IMG/VR virus record: IMGVR_UViG_3300026258_000006
Coordinates: 1 to 47,659 of that record
DNA length: 47,659 nucleotides
Direction: 5' to 3' (one strand)
Origin: a virus
Taxonomy: Duplodnaviria; Caudoviricetes
How positions within the stretch are numbered: position 1 is the stretch's first letter; each line of letters starts with the position of its first letter. Positions 1 to 10,675 of this stretch are shown in pieces. The notes under the pieces are model-generated. The model saw only the letters and a list, made by a program, of their open reading frames with translations, was not told the origin of the DNA and searched no databases. Both the position numbers and the translations under genes were made by a program.

Positions 1-2
1 GA

Positions 3-1166
3 GATATAATAAGTAACAGAAATGGTAATACCGGTAACTATAATGGTATTGATTTTGGTATTGTAACAGGAACAGGAAATTTATATACAAGATTTAGCGA
101 TGGCAGTAATCAAGGAAACACAAATAGTAATACAGTACCTCTTCTATCAGATGTTTGGACTCATGTTGCTTTTACAGTTGATACCTCGGCTGGAGAAGCT
201 AAAGTTTATAAAAATGGATCTTTAGAATATACAGTTAGTATTGGTACAGGATCTCAAATAGCTACTGGTAATGATTTTTATATTGGTAGATATTGGAATA
301 CTGCTAGTGATTTTTGGAACGGTAAAATAGATCAAGCAAGAATATTTAATACAGCTTTAAGTGCTTCTGAAGTTACTTCTTTATATAATGAAACTGCTTC
401 AAATAATGATATTCTTAATTTTCCAGCGGGCGCAGGATGTGTAGCTGCTTATACATTCAATAAAACAGCTAATGATCTTAGCGGGAATTATAATGGTACT
501 GCTTCTAATGTAACTTATGTAAAACCAGGTTATACAGGTAGAAATAATGATGGAAGCATAGAAAGTCAAGTATCAGCAAATCAAGATGCTGGATTTAGTA
601 TTGTAAGCTATAATGACAGTACGGGATCAGGCACAGTGGGGCATGGTCTCAAGTTAACCCCTCAGCTCATTATCCAAAAAGCTCTAGATATATCTCAAGA
701 TTGGTATGTTTATATACCACCTGGTATTATTGATGCAAATTATAATTATTTAGTTTTAAATAGCACTGCTGCTAAAAGTACTACGAGCTCTACGCCTCCA
801 ACAGCTACTACTTTTAATCCAGTATCAAGCGGAAGGTATATTGCATATTTATGGCATTCTGTAGCTAATTATAGTAAAATAGGGACATATACAGCTACAC
901 AAACTGCAGGTAGCCCTACTATTACTACAGATTTTGAACCAGCATGGGTAATGTTAAAAAATGTTGATAGAAATCAAGAATGGGTAATTATTGATAGCGA
1001 AAGAGGAAATAATCCTGGACAAACATTACGCCCTGAGAGCGATGCTGCTGAATATGCAGCTAACAGTATTATTTTTAATTCAACTGGATTTGTTATTAAT
1101 ACAACAGGGCAAGGTAACAATTATGCCACAGGAGAAACATTTATATATATGGCATTTGCTAAATAA
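3..1166 (+). CDS. tail fibre / LamG (concanavalin A-like) domain protein, 5' truncated by window edge
   Basis: Frame 3 reads open from position 3 (DIISNRNG...WTHVAFTVD...AKVYKNG...FWNGKIDQARIFNTALSASEVTSLYNE), a LamG-type signature, and is in frame with the listed 636..1166 ORF, whose GTG start is therefore internal. Confidence 0.8.
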   Translation, partial: DIISNRNGNTGNYNGIDFGIVTGTGNLYTRFSDGSNQGNTNSNTVPLLSDVWTHVAFTVDTSAGEAKVYKNGSLEYTVSIGTGSQIATGNDFYIGRYWNTASDFWNGKIDQARIFNTALSASEVTSLYNETASNNDILNFPAGAGCVAAYTFNKTANDLSGNYNGTASNVTYVKPGYTGRNNDGSIESQVSANQDAGFSIVSYNDSTGSGTVGHGLKLTPQLIIQKALDISQDWYVYIPPGIIDANYNYLVLNSTAAKSTTSSTPPTATTFNPVSSGRYIAYLWHSVANYSKIGTYTATQTAGSPTITTDFEPAWVMLKNVDRNQEWVIIDSERGNNPGQTLRPESDAAEYAANSIIFNSTGFVINTTGQGNNYATGETFIYMAFAK

Positions 1167-1176
1167 ATTTAATTAA

Positions 1177-1593
1177 ATGAGTAATAAAAAGAAATTTAAA
1201 GATACTGGCGTTGGAAAATTTTTGTTAAACAAAATTCCTGACGTTGTAGGAAAAATTGCTGGTGACACTCCAGTAGGGAGTGTTATTCAAGCAATAATAG
1301 GGGGTAGTGATATGTCTGAAGGAGATAAAGCTATTGCCCTTAAAAAATTAGAATTAGAACGTGCTGAAATTGATGGCACTACAAGACGTTGGGTAGCAGA
1401 TGCTAGATCAGGGAGTTGGCTTGCGGCTAATGTACGACCTTTAATATTAGTTTTCTTAACAGTAAGCTATGTTGTAGGTTGGTATTTAAAATATCCTCTT
1501 GATCAAATTACTGGCCTTCTTACTATCGTAATTGGAGGTTATTTTGGTTCACGTGGTGTGGAAAAAGTATTTGGAAATAATAAACATAAATAA
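1177..1593 (+). CDS. holin (3TM/GTA-holin-like)
   Basis: RW.AD..S.SWLAANVRP motif, two C-terminal hydrophobic helices, YFGSRGVEK tail; directly upstream of the amidase. Confidence 0.75.
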   Translation: MSNKKKFKDTGVGKFLLNKIPDVVGKIAGDTPVGSVIQAIIGGSDMSEGDKAIALKKLELERAEIDGTTRRWVADARSGSWLAANVRPLILVFLTVSYVVGWYLKYPLDQITGLLTIVIGGYFGSRGVEKVFGNNKHK

Positions 1594-1595
1594 TA

Positions 1596-2003
1596 ATGAG
1601 AGCAATAAACGAAGCAATTTTGCATTATAGTGCTACTCCAGAGGGTAAAGACTTCGATGTGGAGGATATTAGAAAGTGGCATGTAGATGGTAATGGATGG
1701 AGTGATGTTGGTTATCATTATGTAATAAAATTAGACGGAACAATTCAAGAAGGTAGACCACTTAGTAAAACAGGTGCTCATTGCAAAGGGCATAATAAAG
1801 GCACAGTAGGTATTTGTTATATAGGAGGAGGTATTACTGAGGGGAGAGATACAAGAACTGAGGAACAAAAAGAATCAATTAAAGAATTATTAACAGAATT
1901 AATTAATAATCATAGTATAACTAAAATATCTGGGCATAATCAATATTCAAGCAAAGATTGCCCTGGATTTGATGTTCCAAGTGAATATTCAGATTTAATA
2001 TAA
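1596..2003 (+). CDS. endolysin, N-acetylmuramoyl-L-alanine amidase (T7 lysozyme-like)
   Basis: ILHYSAT, GWSDVGYHYVI, GAHCKGHN, GICYIGG and GH...KDCP motifs of the Amidase_2 family. Confidence 0.92.
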   Translation: MRAINEAILHYSATPEGKDFDVEDIRKWHVDGNGWSDVGYHYVIKLDGTIQEGRPLSKTGAHCKGHNKGTVGICYIGGGITEGRDTRTEEQKESIKELLTELINNHSITKISGHNQYSSKDCPGFDVPSEYSDLI

Positions 2004-2014
2004 ATTTAAATTAA

Positions 2015-2233
2015 ATGAAATTAATTAGAAAAATTAGTATAGGTACTGATTATAAGAATGAAGCTATGCATTATTCTGTAGGTCAAGAAGTATATGGGGG
2101 TCATAAAATCTCAGATATATTAGAGGAGGATGGAGCTTATAAAATTTTTATAACTAAAAATAAAGAAATACTTCCTTGGAAGCACTTTAATGCCAATATG
2201 GCTATATCTGTTGAATATAATTTAGATTATTAA
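2015..2233 (+). CDS. hypothetical phage protein
   Basis: 72-aa ORF coupled to the next gene by a TAATG overlap. Confidence 0.7.
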   Translation: MKLIRKISIGTDYKNEAMHYSVGQEVYGGHKISDILEEDGAYKIFITKNKEILPWKHFNANMAISVEYNLDY

Positions 2234-2820
2234 TGCAATCTTTATTTGAATATATTATATCTACTGAAAATCGCTACAACAACACTGTTGATGTTGAAGG
2301 TAAGGAATTAGTTGTTAATACAGAAATAACAGAAAGAGATTATATGTTTGTTAATAGAATAGGTACTGTAGTACAAGTTCCTGCATATAATAATTCATTA
2401 ATAAAACCTGGTGACGAAGTAATAATACATCATAATGTTTTTAGGCGATGGTTTGATGTAAGGGGCAATGAAAAAAATTCTGCTAATTTTATTAGTGAAA
2501 ACAAATATTTTGTTGCAAAAGATCAAATATTTGCTTATAAAAAAAATAATAAATGGGAATGTTTTCCTGAATATTGCTTTGTAAAACCAATATATAAAAA
2601 TGATAAATGGGCTCTTAAAACAGACGAAAATTTATCGGGGATACTAACATATACTAACGATAGTTTAAGCTCATTAGGAGTCTCTATTGGAGACGTGGTG
2701 GGGTTTACACCTGATTCAGAATACGAATTTGAAATTGAAGGTGAAAAACTATATCGTATTTTATCAAATCATATAACAATTAATTATGGATCGAAGACAA
2801 AAAGTAATTTCAGCAGCTGA
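2233..2820 (+). CDS. GroES-like co-chaperonin with two tandem GroES-like segments
   Basis: GTVVQVP...IKPGDEVII and GIL...VSIGDVVGF...EFEIEGEKLYRI both resemble Cpn10 strands. Confidence 0.65.
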   Translation: MQSLFEYIISTENRYNNTVDVEGKELVVNTEITERDYMFVNRIGTVVQVPAYNNSLIKPGDEVIIHHNVFRRWFDVRGNEKNSANFISENKYFVAKDQIFAYKKNNKWECFPEYCFVKPIYKNDKWALKTDENLSGILTYTNDSLSSLGVSIGDVVGFTPDSEYEFEIEGEKLYRILSNHITINYGSKTKSNFSS

Positions 2821-3031
2821 TAAAGCTTTAGTAGAACTTGAAAAAGTTATTAGACAAACAATAGATTTAGTTGAGTTAGATCCAGAAAAAGCTAAAACAG
2901 CAGCTCAAGCAAAATGGGTAGCTATAGATGATTCTTTAAAAATTATTGATAAAATAGAAGAGTTAACAGAAAGTAAAAAAGATATAAAAGATTCTAAAAC
3001 ATTTTTAGGAGTTGAAAATCGGATTAAGTAA
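2786..3031 (+). CDS. possible terminase small subunit
   Basis: 81-aa helical ORF coupled (TAATG) to the terminase large subunit; positional inference only. Confidence 0.4.
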   Translation: MDRRQKVISAADKALVELEKVIRQTIDLVELDPEKAKTAAQAKWVAIDDSLKIIDKIEELTESKKDIKDSKTFLGVENRIK

Positions 3032-5265
3032 TGTATAAACAAACTTTATATAAAATACACGATAATCACCTTTCAAAAAAGAGTATTAAACATCATAATA
3101 AGCATAAAAAATTTCAACCAGGTTATAACCAAGAATTGGATTGTGTTATTATAAGTAGAGATGGTACATTAGGAGAGATTTATGAAATACAAGGTCTTAA
3201 GGTAGGTTTACCTAAAACTCCTAAAAAAATAGATGGGCAAGATTTAAAAAAATCTGAACAATATTTTAGAAAAAGAAATAAACCTAACTCTTTAACAAGA
3301 ATAAAAACATTATATGATTTTAAAGGGCAAGCTGAAAGTACTAAAGAATCTTATTACGAGTACATTGATAATGAATTTAATTATCGTAATGATGGTTACT
3401 GGTTCATGTGTAACGGGGATCCCTGTTACATTACAGGATCGCACTATATCTATCTCAACTGGACCAAAATCGACGTGGGATCACCGGATTTTAGACAAGC
3501 AAATAGAATTTTTTTCTACTTTTGGGAAGCGTGCAAATTGGATAGAAGATGTTACGGAATGTGCTATCTTAAGAATAGACGGTCTGGGTTTAGTTTCATG
3601 GCATCAGCTGAGTGTGTCAACCAGGCTACAACTTCAAAGGACTCTAGGTTTGGGATCCTATCTAAGACTGGAGCAGATGCTAAAAAGATGTTCACAGATA
3701 AGGTGGTACCGATCTCAACTAATTATCCCTTCTTCTTTAAACCAATACAAGATGGGATGGAAAGACCCAAAACAGAATTATCGTATAAAGTTCCGTCAAG
3801 AAGACTCACAAGAAGATCCATTGCCGCATCCGCCTATACCGAGGAAGAGATACAAGAAGGATTGGATACAACCATTGATTGGAAGAACACCGGGGACAAC
3901 TCATATGATGGGGAGAAGTTACAACTCCTCGTCCATGATGAATCGGGGAAATGGGAACGTCCCGATAATATCCTCAACAACTGGAGGGTCACAAAGACGT
4001 GTCTCAGGCTCGGATCCAAAATAGTTGGTAAATGTATGATGGGATCTACTTCTAACGCATTAGATAAAGGAGGGGATAATTTTAAAAAACTATATTATAA
4101 TTCAGATGTCACAAATAGAAATCGCAATGGCCAGACTACAAGTGGATTATATGCTTTGTTCATACCTATGGAATGGGGATTCGAAGGATTTATCGATAAG
4201 TATGGGTTCCCTGTATTCAATACACCATCAGAAGCGGTTGAGGGAATTGATGGTGAACTCATCTTTACGGGAGTCATTGACCATTGGGAAAATGAAGTTG
4301 AAGGTTTAAAAAATGATTCAGATGCTTTAAATGAATATTATAGGCAATTTCCAAGATCGGAAAAACATGCTTTCCGTGATGAAACTTTAAATTCATTATT
4401 TAATTTAACTAAAATATATGAACAAATAGATTTTAATGAAGAAATGGCGATGGCAGGGCATGTAGTGCGTGGAAATTTTGCGTGGAGAAAAGGTGTTAAA
4501 GATACGGATGTAATTTGGCAACCTGCAATAAATGGTAGGTTTCATGTATCTTGGCTTCCTCCCGTAGATTTGCAAAATAAAATAATAATAAAGAATGGTA
4601 TAAAATATCCTGGTAATGATGGATTGGGAGCTTTTGGTTGTGATTCATATGATATATCAGGAACAGTAGGAGGAGGGGGTTCAAATGGAGCCTTACATGG
4701 TCTTACAACATTTTCCATGGCTAGTGATATTCCAAATACTAAGTTTTTTTTAGAATATATTGCTAGGCCTCAAACTGCTGAAATATTTTTTGAAGATGTT
4801 CTTATGGCTTTGGTATTTTATGGAATGCCAATTTTGGCTGAAAATAATAAACCCAGACTTTTATATCATTTAAAAAGAAGAGGTTATAGAGGATTTTCTA
4901 TGAATCGTCCTGATAAAACTAGAAGTAATTTATCTAAATCAGAACTAGAACTTGGGGGAATACCTAATAGTTCAGAAGATATAAAACAAGCTCATGCAGC
5001 AGCAATTGAGTCTTATATAGAAGAATATGTAGGAAAAATTAATGAAAATCATGGCACTATGTTTTTTCAAAGAACTTTAGAAGATTGGGCAAGATTTGAT
5101 ATAAATAGAAGAACAGCTCACGACGCTTCAATTAGTAGTGGTTTAGCTATTATGGCATGCCGAAAACACATGTATAGGCCTCATGCTCAACGAGCAGTTA
5201 AAGAATTAGATTTTATGTTTTCTAAATATAATAATAAAGGAATAAGAAGTCAGTTAATAAAATAA
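3031..5265 (+). CDS. terL: terminase large subunit
   Basis: Walker A-like LKNRRSGFS, Walker B LLVHDESGKW, motif III MMGSTSN, nuclease FGCDSYD and C-terminal HDASISSG; upstream of portal. Confidence 0.93.
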   Translation: MYKQTLYKIHDNHLSKKSIKHHNKHKKFQPGYNQELDCVIISRDGTLGEIYEIQGLKVGLPKTPKKIDGQDLKKSEQYFRKRNKPNSLTRIKTLYDFKGQAESTKESYYEYIDNEFNYRNDGYWFMCNGDPCYITGSHYIYLNWTKIDVGSPDFRQANRIFFYFWEACKLDRRCYGMCYLKNRRSGFSFMASAECVNQATTSKDSRFGILSKTGADAKKMFTDKVVPISTNYPFFFKPIQDGMERPKTELSYKVPSRRLTRRSIAASAYTEEEIQEGLDTTIDWKNTGDNSYDGEKLQLLVHDESGKWERPDNILNNWRVTKTCLRLGSKIVGKCMMGSTSNALDKGGDNFKKLYYNSDVTNRNRNGQTTSGLYALFIPMEWGFEGFIDKYGFPVFNTPSEAVEGIDGELIFTGVIDHWENEVEGLKNDSDALNEYYRQFPRSEKHAFRDETLNSLFNLTKIYEQIDFNEEMAMAGHVVRGNFAWRKGVKDTDVIWQPAINGRFHVSWLPPVDLQNKIIIKNGIKYPGNDGLGAFGCDSYDISGTVGGGGSNGALHGLTTFSMASDIPNTKFFLEYIARPQTAEIFFEDVLMALVFYGMPILAENNKPRLLYHLKRRGYRGFSMNRPDKTRSNLSKSELELGGIPNSSEDIKQAHAAAIESYIEEYVGKINENHGTMFFQRTLEDWARFDINRRTAHDASISSGLAIMACRKHMYRPHAQRAVKELDFMFSKYNNKGIRSQLIK

Positions 5266-5267
5266 AT

Positions 5268-7694
5268 ATGGCACAACAATTAGGGCAAATTCCCACAGAA
5301 TTTCCGAGCCAAGCGGTTTCAGATGCTGTTAAAAGGACATATAAATATGGTCTTTCAGTAGCTAGAGCTATTGAACAAGAATGGTTCAATAAAGATAATA
5401 GTATAGGGAGATTTTGGCAGACAAGAGAAGAGTATCATAAACTTAGATTATATGCTAGAGGAGAACAATCTATTAGAAAATATAAGGATGAGTTTGCTAT
5501 TAATGGCGATTTATCTTATTTAAATTTAGATTGGAAACCAGTTCCAATAATACCTAAATTTGTAGATATTATAGTTAATGGGATGCAAGATAGGTTATTT
5601 AGCATTAAAGCTTTTGCTCAAGACCCAATAGCTACAGGAAAAAGAACAAAGTTTGTAGAAAATATACAAAGGGATTTACACGCTAAAGAACTTCTAGCTC
5701 AAATAGAAACCGAGCTTGGGGTAAATGCTAGAAATGTTCCCGAAGATAAATTGCCTGCAAATACTGAAGAATTAGAACTGTTTATGCAATTAAACTATAA
5801 ACAGGGAATTGAAATTGCTGAAGAACAAGCTATTAATAATGTATTACTGACTAATAAATATGAAGAGCTTAAAAGTAGAGTTGATTATGATTTAACAGTT
5901 TTAGGTATAGGGGCTGTTAAAAATACTTTTAACAATACTGATGGTATAAAATTAGATTATGTAGATCCAGCTAATTTAATATGGTCTTATACAGATGATC
6001 CAAACTTTCAAGATTGTTATTATTTTGGTGAGGTAAAGCGTATTCAATTAAATGAACTTAAAAAGCAATTTCCTAATTTAGATGATGAAGAAATAAAAGA
6101 ATTAACTAAAAAAGGATCTAATTGGACTGATTATAATACTGTTGGTACATTTAACAATAGAAGCCGACTAGATAACAATAATACTATTACAGTATTATAT
6201 TTTAATTGGAAAACATGGGAACATAATGTTTATAAAATAAAAGAAACTTCTACAGGGGCTTCTAAAGCAATTGAAAAAGATGATTCTTTTAATCCTCCTA
6301 AAGATAAAAGAACCCGATTTGAAAGAGTAGCTCAATCAAGGGAAGTGTTATATGAAGGTGCATTTGTATTAGGTACTAATACGTTACTTAAGTGGAAAAA
6401 AGCTGAAAATATGGTACGCCCAAATTCTAATACTAATAAAGTATATATGAATTATGTGGTAAGTGCTCCTAGAATGTATAAAGGAAATATAACATCTTTA
6501 GTATCTAAGATTACTCCTTATGCGGATTTAATACAACTAACTCATTTAAAATTACAACAAGCTATTCAAAGAATGACGCCTTCAGGTGTTTATTTAGATG
6601 CGGATGGATTAGCTGAAATAGATTTAGGAAATGGAACAAGTTATAATCCGCAAGAAGCCCTTAATATGTATTTTCAAACTGGTTCTATTATAGGTAGATC
6701 ATTAACAGTTGAAGGCGAACAAAACCCAGGAAAAGTTCCTATCCAAGAATTACCCGGCGGAGGCGGTGGGCAAATACAAGTTTTAATTGGAGCTTATAAT
6801 CAATATATCCAAATGATGAGGGATGTTACTGGATTAAACGAAGCTCGAGATGGCTCAGATCCAGACCCTAAGGCTTTAGTAGGGGTTCAAAAGTTAGCTG
6901 CCGCAAATAGCAATGTTGCAACAAGACATATTTTACAAGCAAGTATGTGTATTACTGCTACTTTAGCAGAATGTATTGCTTTAAGATTTAAAGATGTTCT
7001 TAATTTTCATCCAACAAAAGAAGCTTTTATAGGGGCTTTAGGTATGTTTTCTGTGGGATCTTTAGAAGAATTAAAAAATTTAAATTTACATGATTTTGGG
7101 ATATTTCTAGAGCTAGAGCCTGATGAAGAAGAAAAAACAATGCTCGAAAGCAACATCCAAACTGCTTTAAGCGCCGGTAGTATTTATTTGGAAGATGCAA
7201 TTGATATTAGAGAAATAAATAATATTAAACTAGCTAATCAGTTGTTAAAATTTAGAAGAATTAAAAAACAACAAGCTGATCAAGCTCAAGCAGAAGCCGC
7301 GAGTGCAGCGCAAGCTGAAGCACAAGGGCAAGCACAAATACAAATAGAAGAAGCTAAAGCTCAGGCTGAACAAGTTAAAACAGAATCTAAAATTCAATAC
7401 AGACAAGCGGATATTGAATTTGAAATTAAGAAAATGGAAGTTGAAGCTCGTACTAAACGAGAATTAATGCAATATGAATTTGAGTTAAATAAGCAATTAA
7501 AAGAAATGGAATTACAAGCTCAAAAAGAATTAGCAACTCAACAAAATGAAGCAAATATTGAAGTAGCAGAAGTTAAAAAAACCGCTAAAAACGTAGCTGG
7601 GCCGCCTTCAAGTGGCAAACCTATGAAGTCGTTTGAATCTAAAGGTAATGATGTCTTAGGTGGTATTGATTTATCAAGATTTGAACCAAAATAA
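5268..7694 (+). CDS. portal protein
   Basis: 808 aa directly after TerL; LDWKPVPIIPKFVDIIVNG and RDVTGLNEARDG motifs; long coiled-coil C-terminus. Confidence 0.88.
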   Translation: MAQQLGQIPTEFPSQAVSDAVKRTYKYGLSVARAIEQEWFNKDNSIGRFWQTREEYHKLRLYARGEQSIRKYKDEFAINGDLSYLNLDWKPVPIIPKFVDIIVNGMQDRLFSIKAFAQDPIATGKRTKFVENIQRDLHAKELLAQIETELGVNARNVPEDKLPANTEELELFMQLNYKQGIEIAEEQAINNVLLTNKYEELKSRVDYDLTVLGIGAVKNTFNNTDGIKLDYVDPANLIWSYTDDPNFQDCYYFGEVKRIQLNELKKQFPNLDDEEIKELTKKGSNWTDYNTVGTFNNRSRLDNNNTITVLYFNWKTWEHNVYKIKETSTGASKAIEKDDSFNPPKDKRTRFERVAQSREVLYEGAFVLGTNTLLKWKKAENMVRPNSNTNKVYMNYVVSAPRMYKGNITSLVSKITPYADLIQLTHLKLQQAIQRMTPSGVYLDADGLAEIDLGNGTSYNPQEALNMYFQTGSIIGRSLTVEGEQNPGKVPIQELPGGGGGQIQVLIGAYNQYIQMMRDVTGLNEARDGSDPDPKALVGVQKLAAANSNVATRHILQASMCITATLAECIALRFKDVLNFHPTKEAFIGALGMFSVGSLEELKNLNLHDFGIFLELEPDEEEKTMLESNIQTALSAGSIYLEDAIDIREINNIKLANQLLKFRRIKKQQADQAQAEAASAAQAEAQGQAQIQIEEAKAQAEQVKTESKIQYRQADIEFEIKKMEVEARTKRELMQYEFELNKQLKEMELQAQKELATQQNEANIEVAEVKKTAKNVAGPPSSGKPMKSFESKGNDVLGGIDLSRFEPK

Positions 7695-7726
7695 TTATTA
7701 TTTAAACTATTTTATTATATACAATT

Positions 7727-9043
7727 ATGGAAGAACAAGAAGTACAAGTAAAAGATGTCGGGGAAATTAACCCTGATGTAGTAACTCCTGAACAAAAAGA
7801 AGCTGCAGTAATTAATGATGCGGTCGATAAAGGCGAAGTTGCCGAGGAGTACAAGATTAAAGAAGAGGATGGGGTTTATAAAATTGACCTAGATAATCCT
7901 CCAAACCAATCTAAAGAAGTTAAGTCTAAAGAAGAATCTAAACCTAATAAAGATGCCATTCAAGAACCGAGCTCAAATGACAGCGATGTGCCTGTCAAAG
8001 AATCCGAAAACACGGAAAGTGTGCAAGGAGTGGATAAAAGCGTACGGAGTACCGAAGAAAAGGAAACCACTGAAAACAAGAAAGAATTATTAAAAGAAGA
8101 AAGTGTTCCTGATTCGCCATTAGAATTAATTACTGATGATGAAGAGTCTACTAAAAAAGTAGAAAAAGTTGCAGAAACTCCTGCAGCAAAAATACAAGAA
8201 AATATACAGGAAGAATCAAAACAAATACTTCCTGAAAATGTAGATAAACTAGTAAAGTTTATGGAAGAAACAGGTGGATCTGTTGAAGATTATGTTAATC
8301 TTAATAGAGATTTGTCTAAACTTGATAATACTACTTTACTTAGAGAATACTACAAAACAACAAAACCTCATTTAGATACAGATGATGTTGATTTTTTATT
8401 CAATAAAAACTTTGCATATGATGAGGAGGCGGATGATCCGTCGGAAATAAAGGCTAAAAAATTAGCTTTTAAAGAGGAGCTTTATAATGCTCAAAACTAC
8501 TTTAAAGGAGCTAAGGAAAAATATTATGCTGATCTTAAGTTAAGTAAGCAAAATAATATTGATCCTGAATACCAAAAAGCAATGGAGTTTTATCAAGAGT
8601 CTCAGCAACAAACAGAAAAACACGAAAATTTACAAAAAACATTTGTTGACAAAACTAATAAGGTTTTTGACGATGAGTTCAAAGGTTTTGATTTTAAGGT
8701 CGGAGAAAATAAGTATAGGTTTAAAGTGGACGATACAAAAAAAGTAAAAGAGTTCCAGTCAAACATAACTAATTTTGTTAATCAATTTTTAAATGAAAAA
8801 GGTGAAGTTGGTGACGCTAAAGGTTATCACAAAGCCTTGTTTTCTGCACAAAATGCAGATAAAATAGCTAACCACTTTTATGAGCAAGGCCGTGCCGATG
8901 CCATAAGGGACGCTGAAAAGAAGTCTAAAAATATTAACATGGAACCTCGAAAAGATGCTTCATCTATTGTAACATCTGGGGGTGAAAAAATTAGAGTTGT
9001 TTCAGGAACTACTTCTGATAAGTTGCGAATTAAATGGAAATAA
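7727..9043 (+). CDS. probable capsid scaffolding/assembly protein
   Basis: Acidic low-complexity N-terminal half and helical C-terminal half, located between portal and capsid genes. Confidence 0.6.
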   Translation: MEEQEVQVKDVGEINPDVVTPEQKEAAVINDAVDKGEVAEEYKIKEEDGVYKIDLDNPPNQSKEVKSKEESKPNKDAIQEPSSNDSDVPVKESENTESVQGVDKSVRSTEEKETTENKKELLKEESVPDSPLELITDDEESTKKVEKVAETPAAKIQENIQEESKQILPENVDKLVKFMEETGGSVEDYVNLNRDLSKLDNTTLLREYYKTTKPHLDTDDVDFLFNKNFAYDEEADDPSEIKAKKLAFKEELYNAQNYFKGAKEKYYADLKLSKQNNIDPEYQKAMEFYQESQQQTEKHENLQKTFVDKTNKVFDDEFKGFDFKVGENKYRFKVDDTKKVKEFQSNITNFVNQFLNEKGEVGDAKGYHKALFSAQNADKIANHFYEQGRADAIRDAEKKSKNINMEPRKDASSIVTSGGEKIRVVSGTTSDKLRIKWK

Positions 9044-9071
9044 ATAATTAATAACTTAAAATCAAACAATT

Positions 9072-10664
9072 ATGGCTTTTACGTCAGGCGTGCCAGCTGC
9101 TTTGCAACCATCGCAAACTAAAGCACTTTACGCCGGAAATTACATTGACTTTACAGCCGCTGGCTTTAGTCAATGGACACAACAATTTTTACCAGATGTA
9201 TACGAAAAAGAAGTAGAAAGATATGGAAACAGATCTATCGGTTCTTTCCTTCGTATGGTATCTGCTGAGATGCCTTCCACTTCAGATCAAATAATCTGGA
9301 CTGAGCAAGGAAGATTACACACAAGATATGCTAACTGTTTACCTCAAGGTAATGCGGGCGCTATGCCAGCTGCTGGGGCTGCAGGTGCTATTGCGGCTAA
9401 TGCTGCATCTGGAGGTGTACTTAACTTTAATGTACCTGCTGCTACTCAACCTACAAGCTTAGGTGTTAGCTCGCAAGCTACTACTCAATGTAACTTTAGA
9501 ATCGGACAAACAATTATGGTTCAAGTTCAAACTGGAGCTGCTACAGCTATGGGTGGAACTGGAGAAGTAATTAAAGGTGTTTGTACTAACGTTGGTGTTG
9601 GTGGTGGTGCTACAGGTGCTGGACAACAATTCCAAATTCAAGCTTATAAAGCTCACGGCGCTATTGGTGCTGGAGACTTTGTAACGGCTATTGCTTATGG
9701 ATCTGAATTTGCCAAAGGTACTGGAAACTTTACTGAAAAGCTAGATCCAGGATATGCTACATTTACTAATGCTCCAATTATTCTTAAAGAAAACTATCAA
9801 ATTAATGGTTCTGACACTGCTCAGATCGGTTGGATTGAAGTTACTTCTGAAAATGGAGCTAATGGTTATCTATGGTATATGAAATCAGAACATGAAACAA
9901 GATTACGTTGGGAAGACTATTTAGAAATGTCTATGGTTGAAGGCGTTAAATACACTGCTGGTGGTGCTGCTATTACATTAGGCACATTTGGTGGTAGTTT
10001 AGCTGCTCAAAACGCTAGAGGTACTGAAGGATTCTTTGCTGCTCTTGAATCAAGAGGAAACGTTTATACTGGATTCGGTGGGCAAGCTGCTGCTGGTGCA
10101 GGTAACGGATCTCTTACTGATTTCGACGCGGTACTTAAGCAATTAGACAAACAAGGTGCTATTGAAGAAAACATGCTTTTCCTTAATAGAGAGCTTTCTT
10201 TAGAAATTGATGATATCCTTGCAATGCAAAATGGTACTTACCCTGGAGCTGCTGGTGTTACTAAAGGTACTTCTTATGGAGTATTTAATAACAGCGAGGA
10301 TATGGCTCTTACATTAGGATTTACTGGTTATAGAAGAGGTTCTTATGACTTCTATAAAACTGACTGGAAATATCTTAATGACTGGTCTACAAGAGGAGGT
10401 TTCGGAGATATCGAAGGAGCATTAGTTCCTGCAGGTACTTCAACTGTTTATGATCAACAACTTGGTCAAAACATTAAGAGACCATTCTTACATGTTAGAT
10501 ATAGAGCTTCAGAAACTGAGAATAGAAAAAACAAATCTTGGGTTACAGGATCTGTTGGAACTGGTTCTCCAACTTCTGATATTGATGAGATGAAACTTAA
10601 CTACTTAAGTGAAAGATGTCTTATCACTCAGGCTGCTAATAATTTCGTATTATTTAAAGCTTAA
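9072..10664 (+). CDS. major capsid protein
   Basis: QQFLPDVYEKEVERYGNRS, IIWTEQGRLH, GYRRGSYDFYKTDWKYLND and LSERCL motifs; strongly biased codon use; followed by a terminator. Confidence 0.9.
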   Translation: MAFTSGVPAALQPSQTKALYAGNYIDFTAAGFSQWTQQFLPDVYEKEVERYGNRSIGSFLRMVSAEMPSTSDQIIWTEQGRLHTRYANCLPQGNAGAMPAAGAAGAIAANAASGGVLNFNVPAATQPTSLGVSSQATTQCNFRIGQTIMVQVQTGAATAMGGTGEVIKGVCTNVGVGGGATGAGQQFQIQAYKAHGAIGAGDFVTAIAYGSEFAKGTGNFTEKLDPGYATFTNAPIILKENYQINGSDTAQIGWIEVTSENGANGYLWYMKSEHETRLRWEDYLEMSMVEGVKYTAGGAAITLGTFGGSLAAQNARGTEGFFAALESRGNVYTGFGGQAAAGAGNGSLTDFDAVLKQLDKQGAIEENMLFLNRELSLEIDDILAMQNGTYPGAAGVTKGTSYGVFNNSEDMALTLGFTGYRRGSYDFYKTDWKYLNDWSTRGGFGDIEGALVPAGTSTVYDQQLGQNIKRPFLHVRYRASETENRKNKSWVTGSVGTGSPTSDIDEMKLNYLSERCLITQAANNFVLFKA

Positions 10665-10675
10665 TTTTTAATTAT

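Noticed and set aside
3314-4024. 236-aa alternate-frame ORF inside terL
   Set aside because: No recognisable motifs; it coincides with a GC-richer patch that depletes stop codons, and terL is intact.
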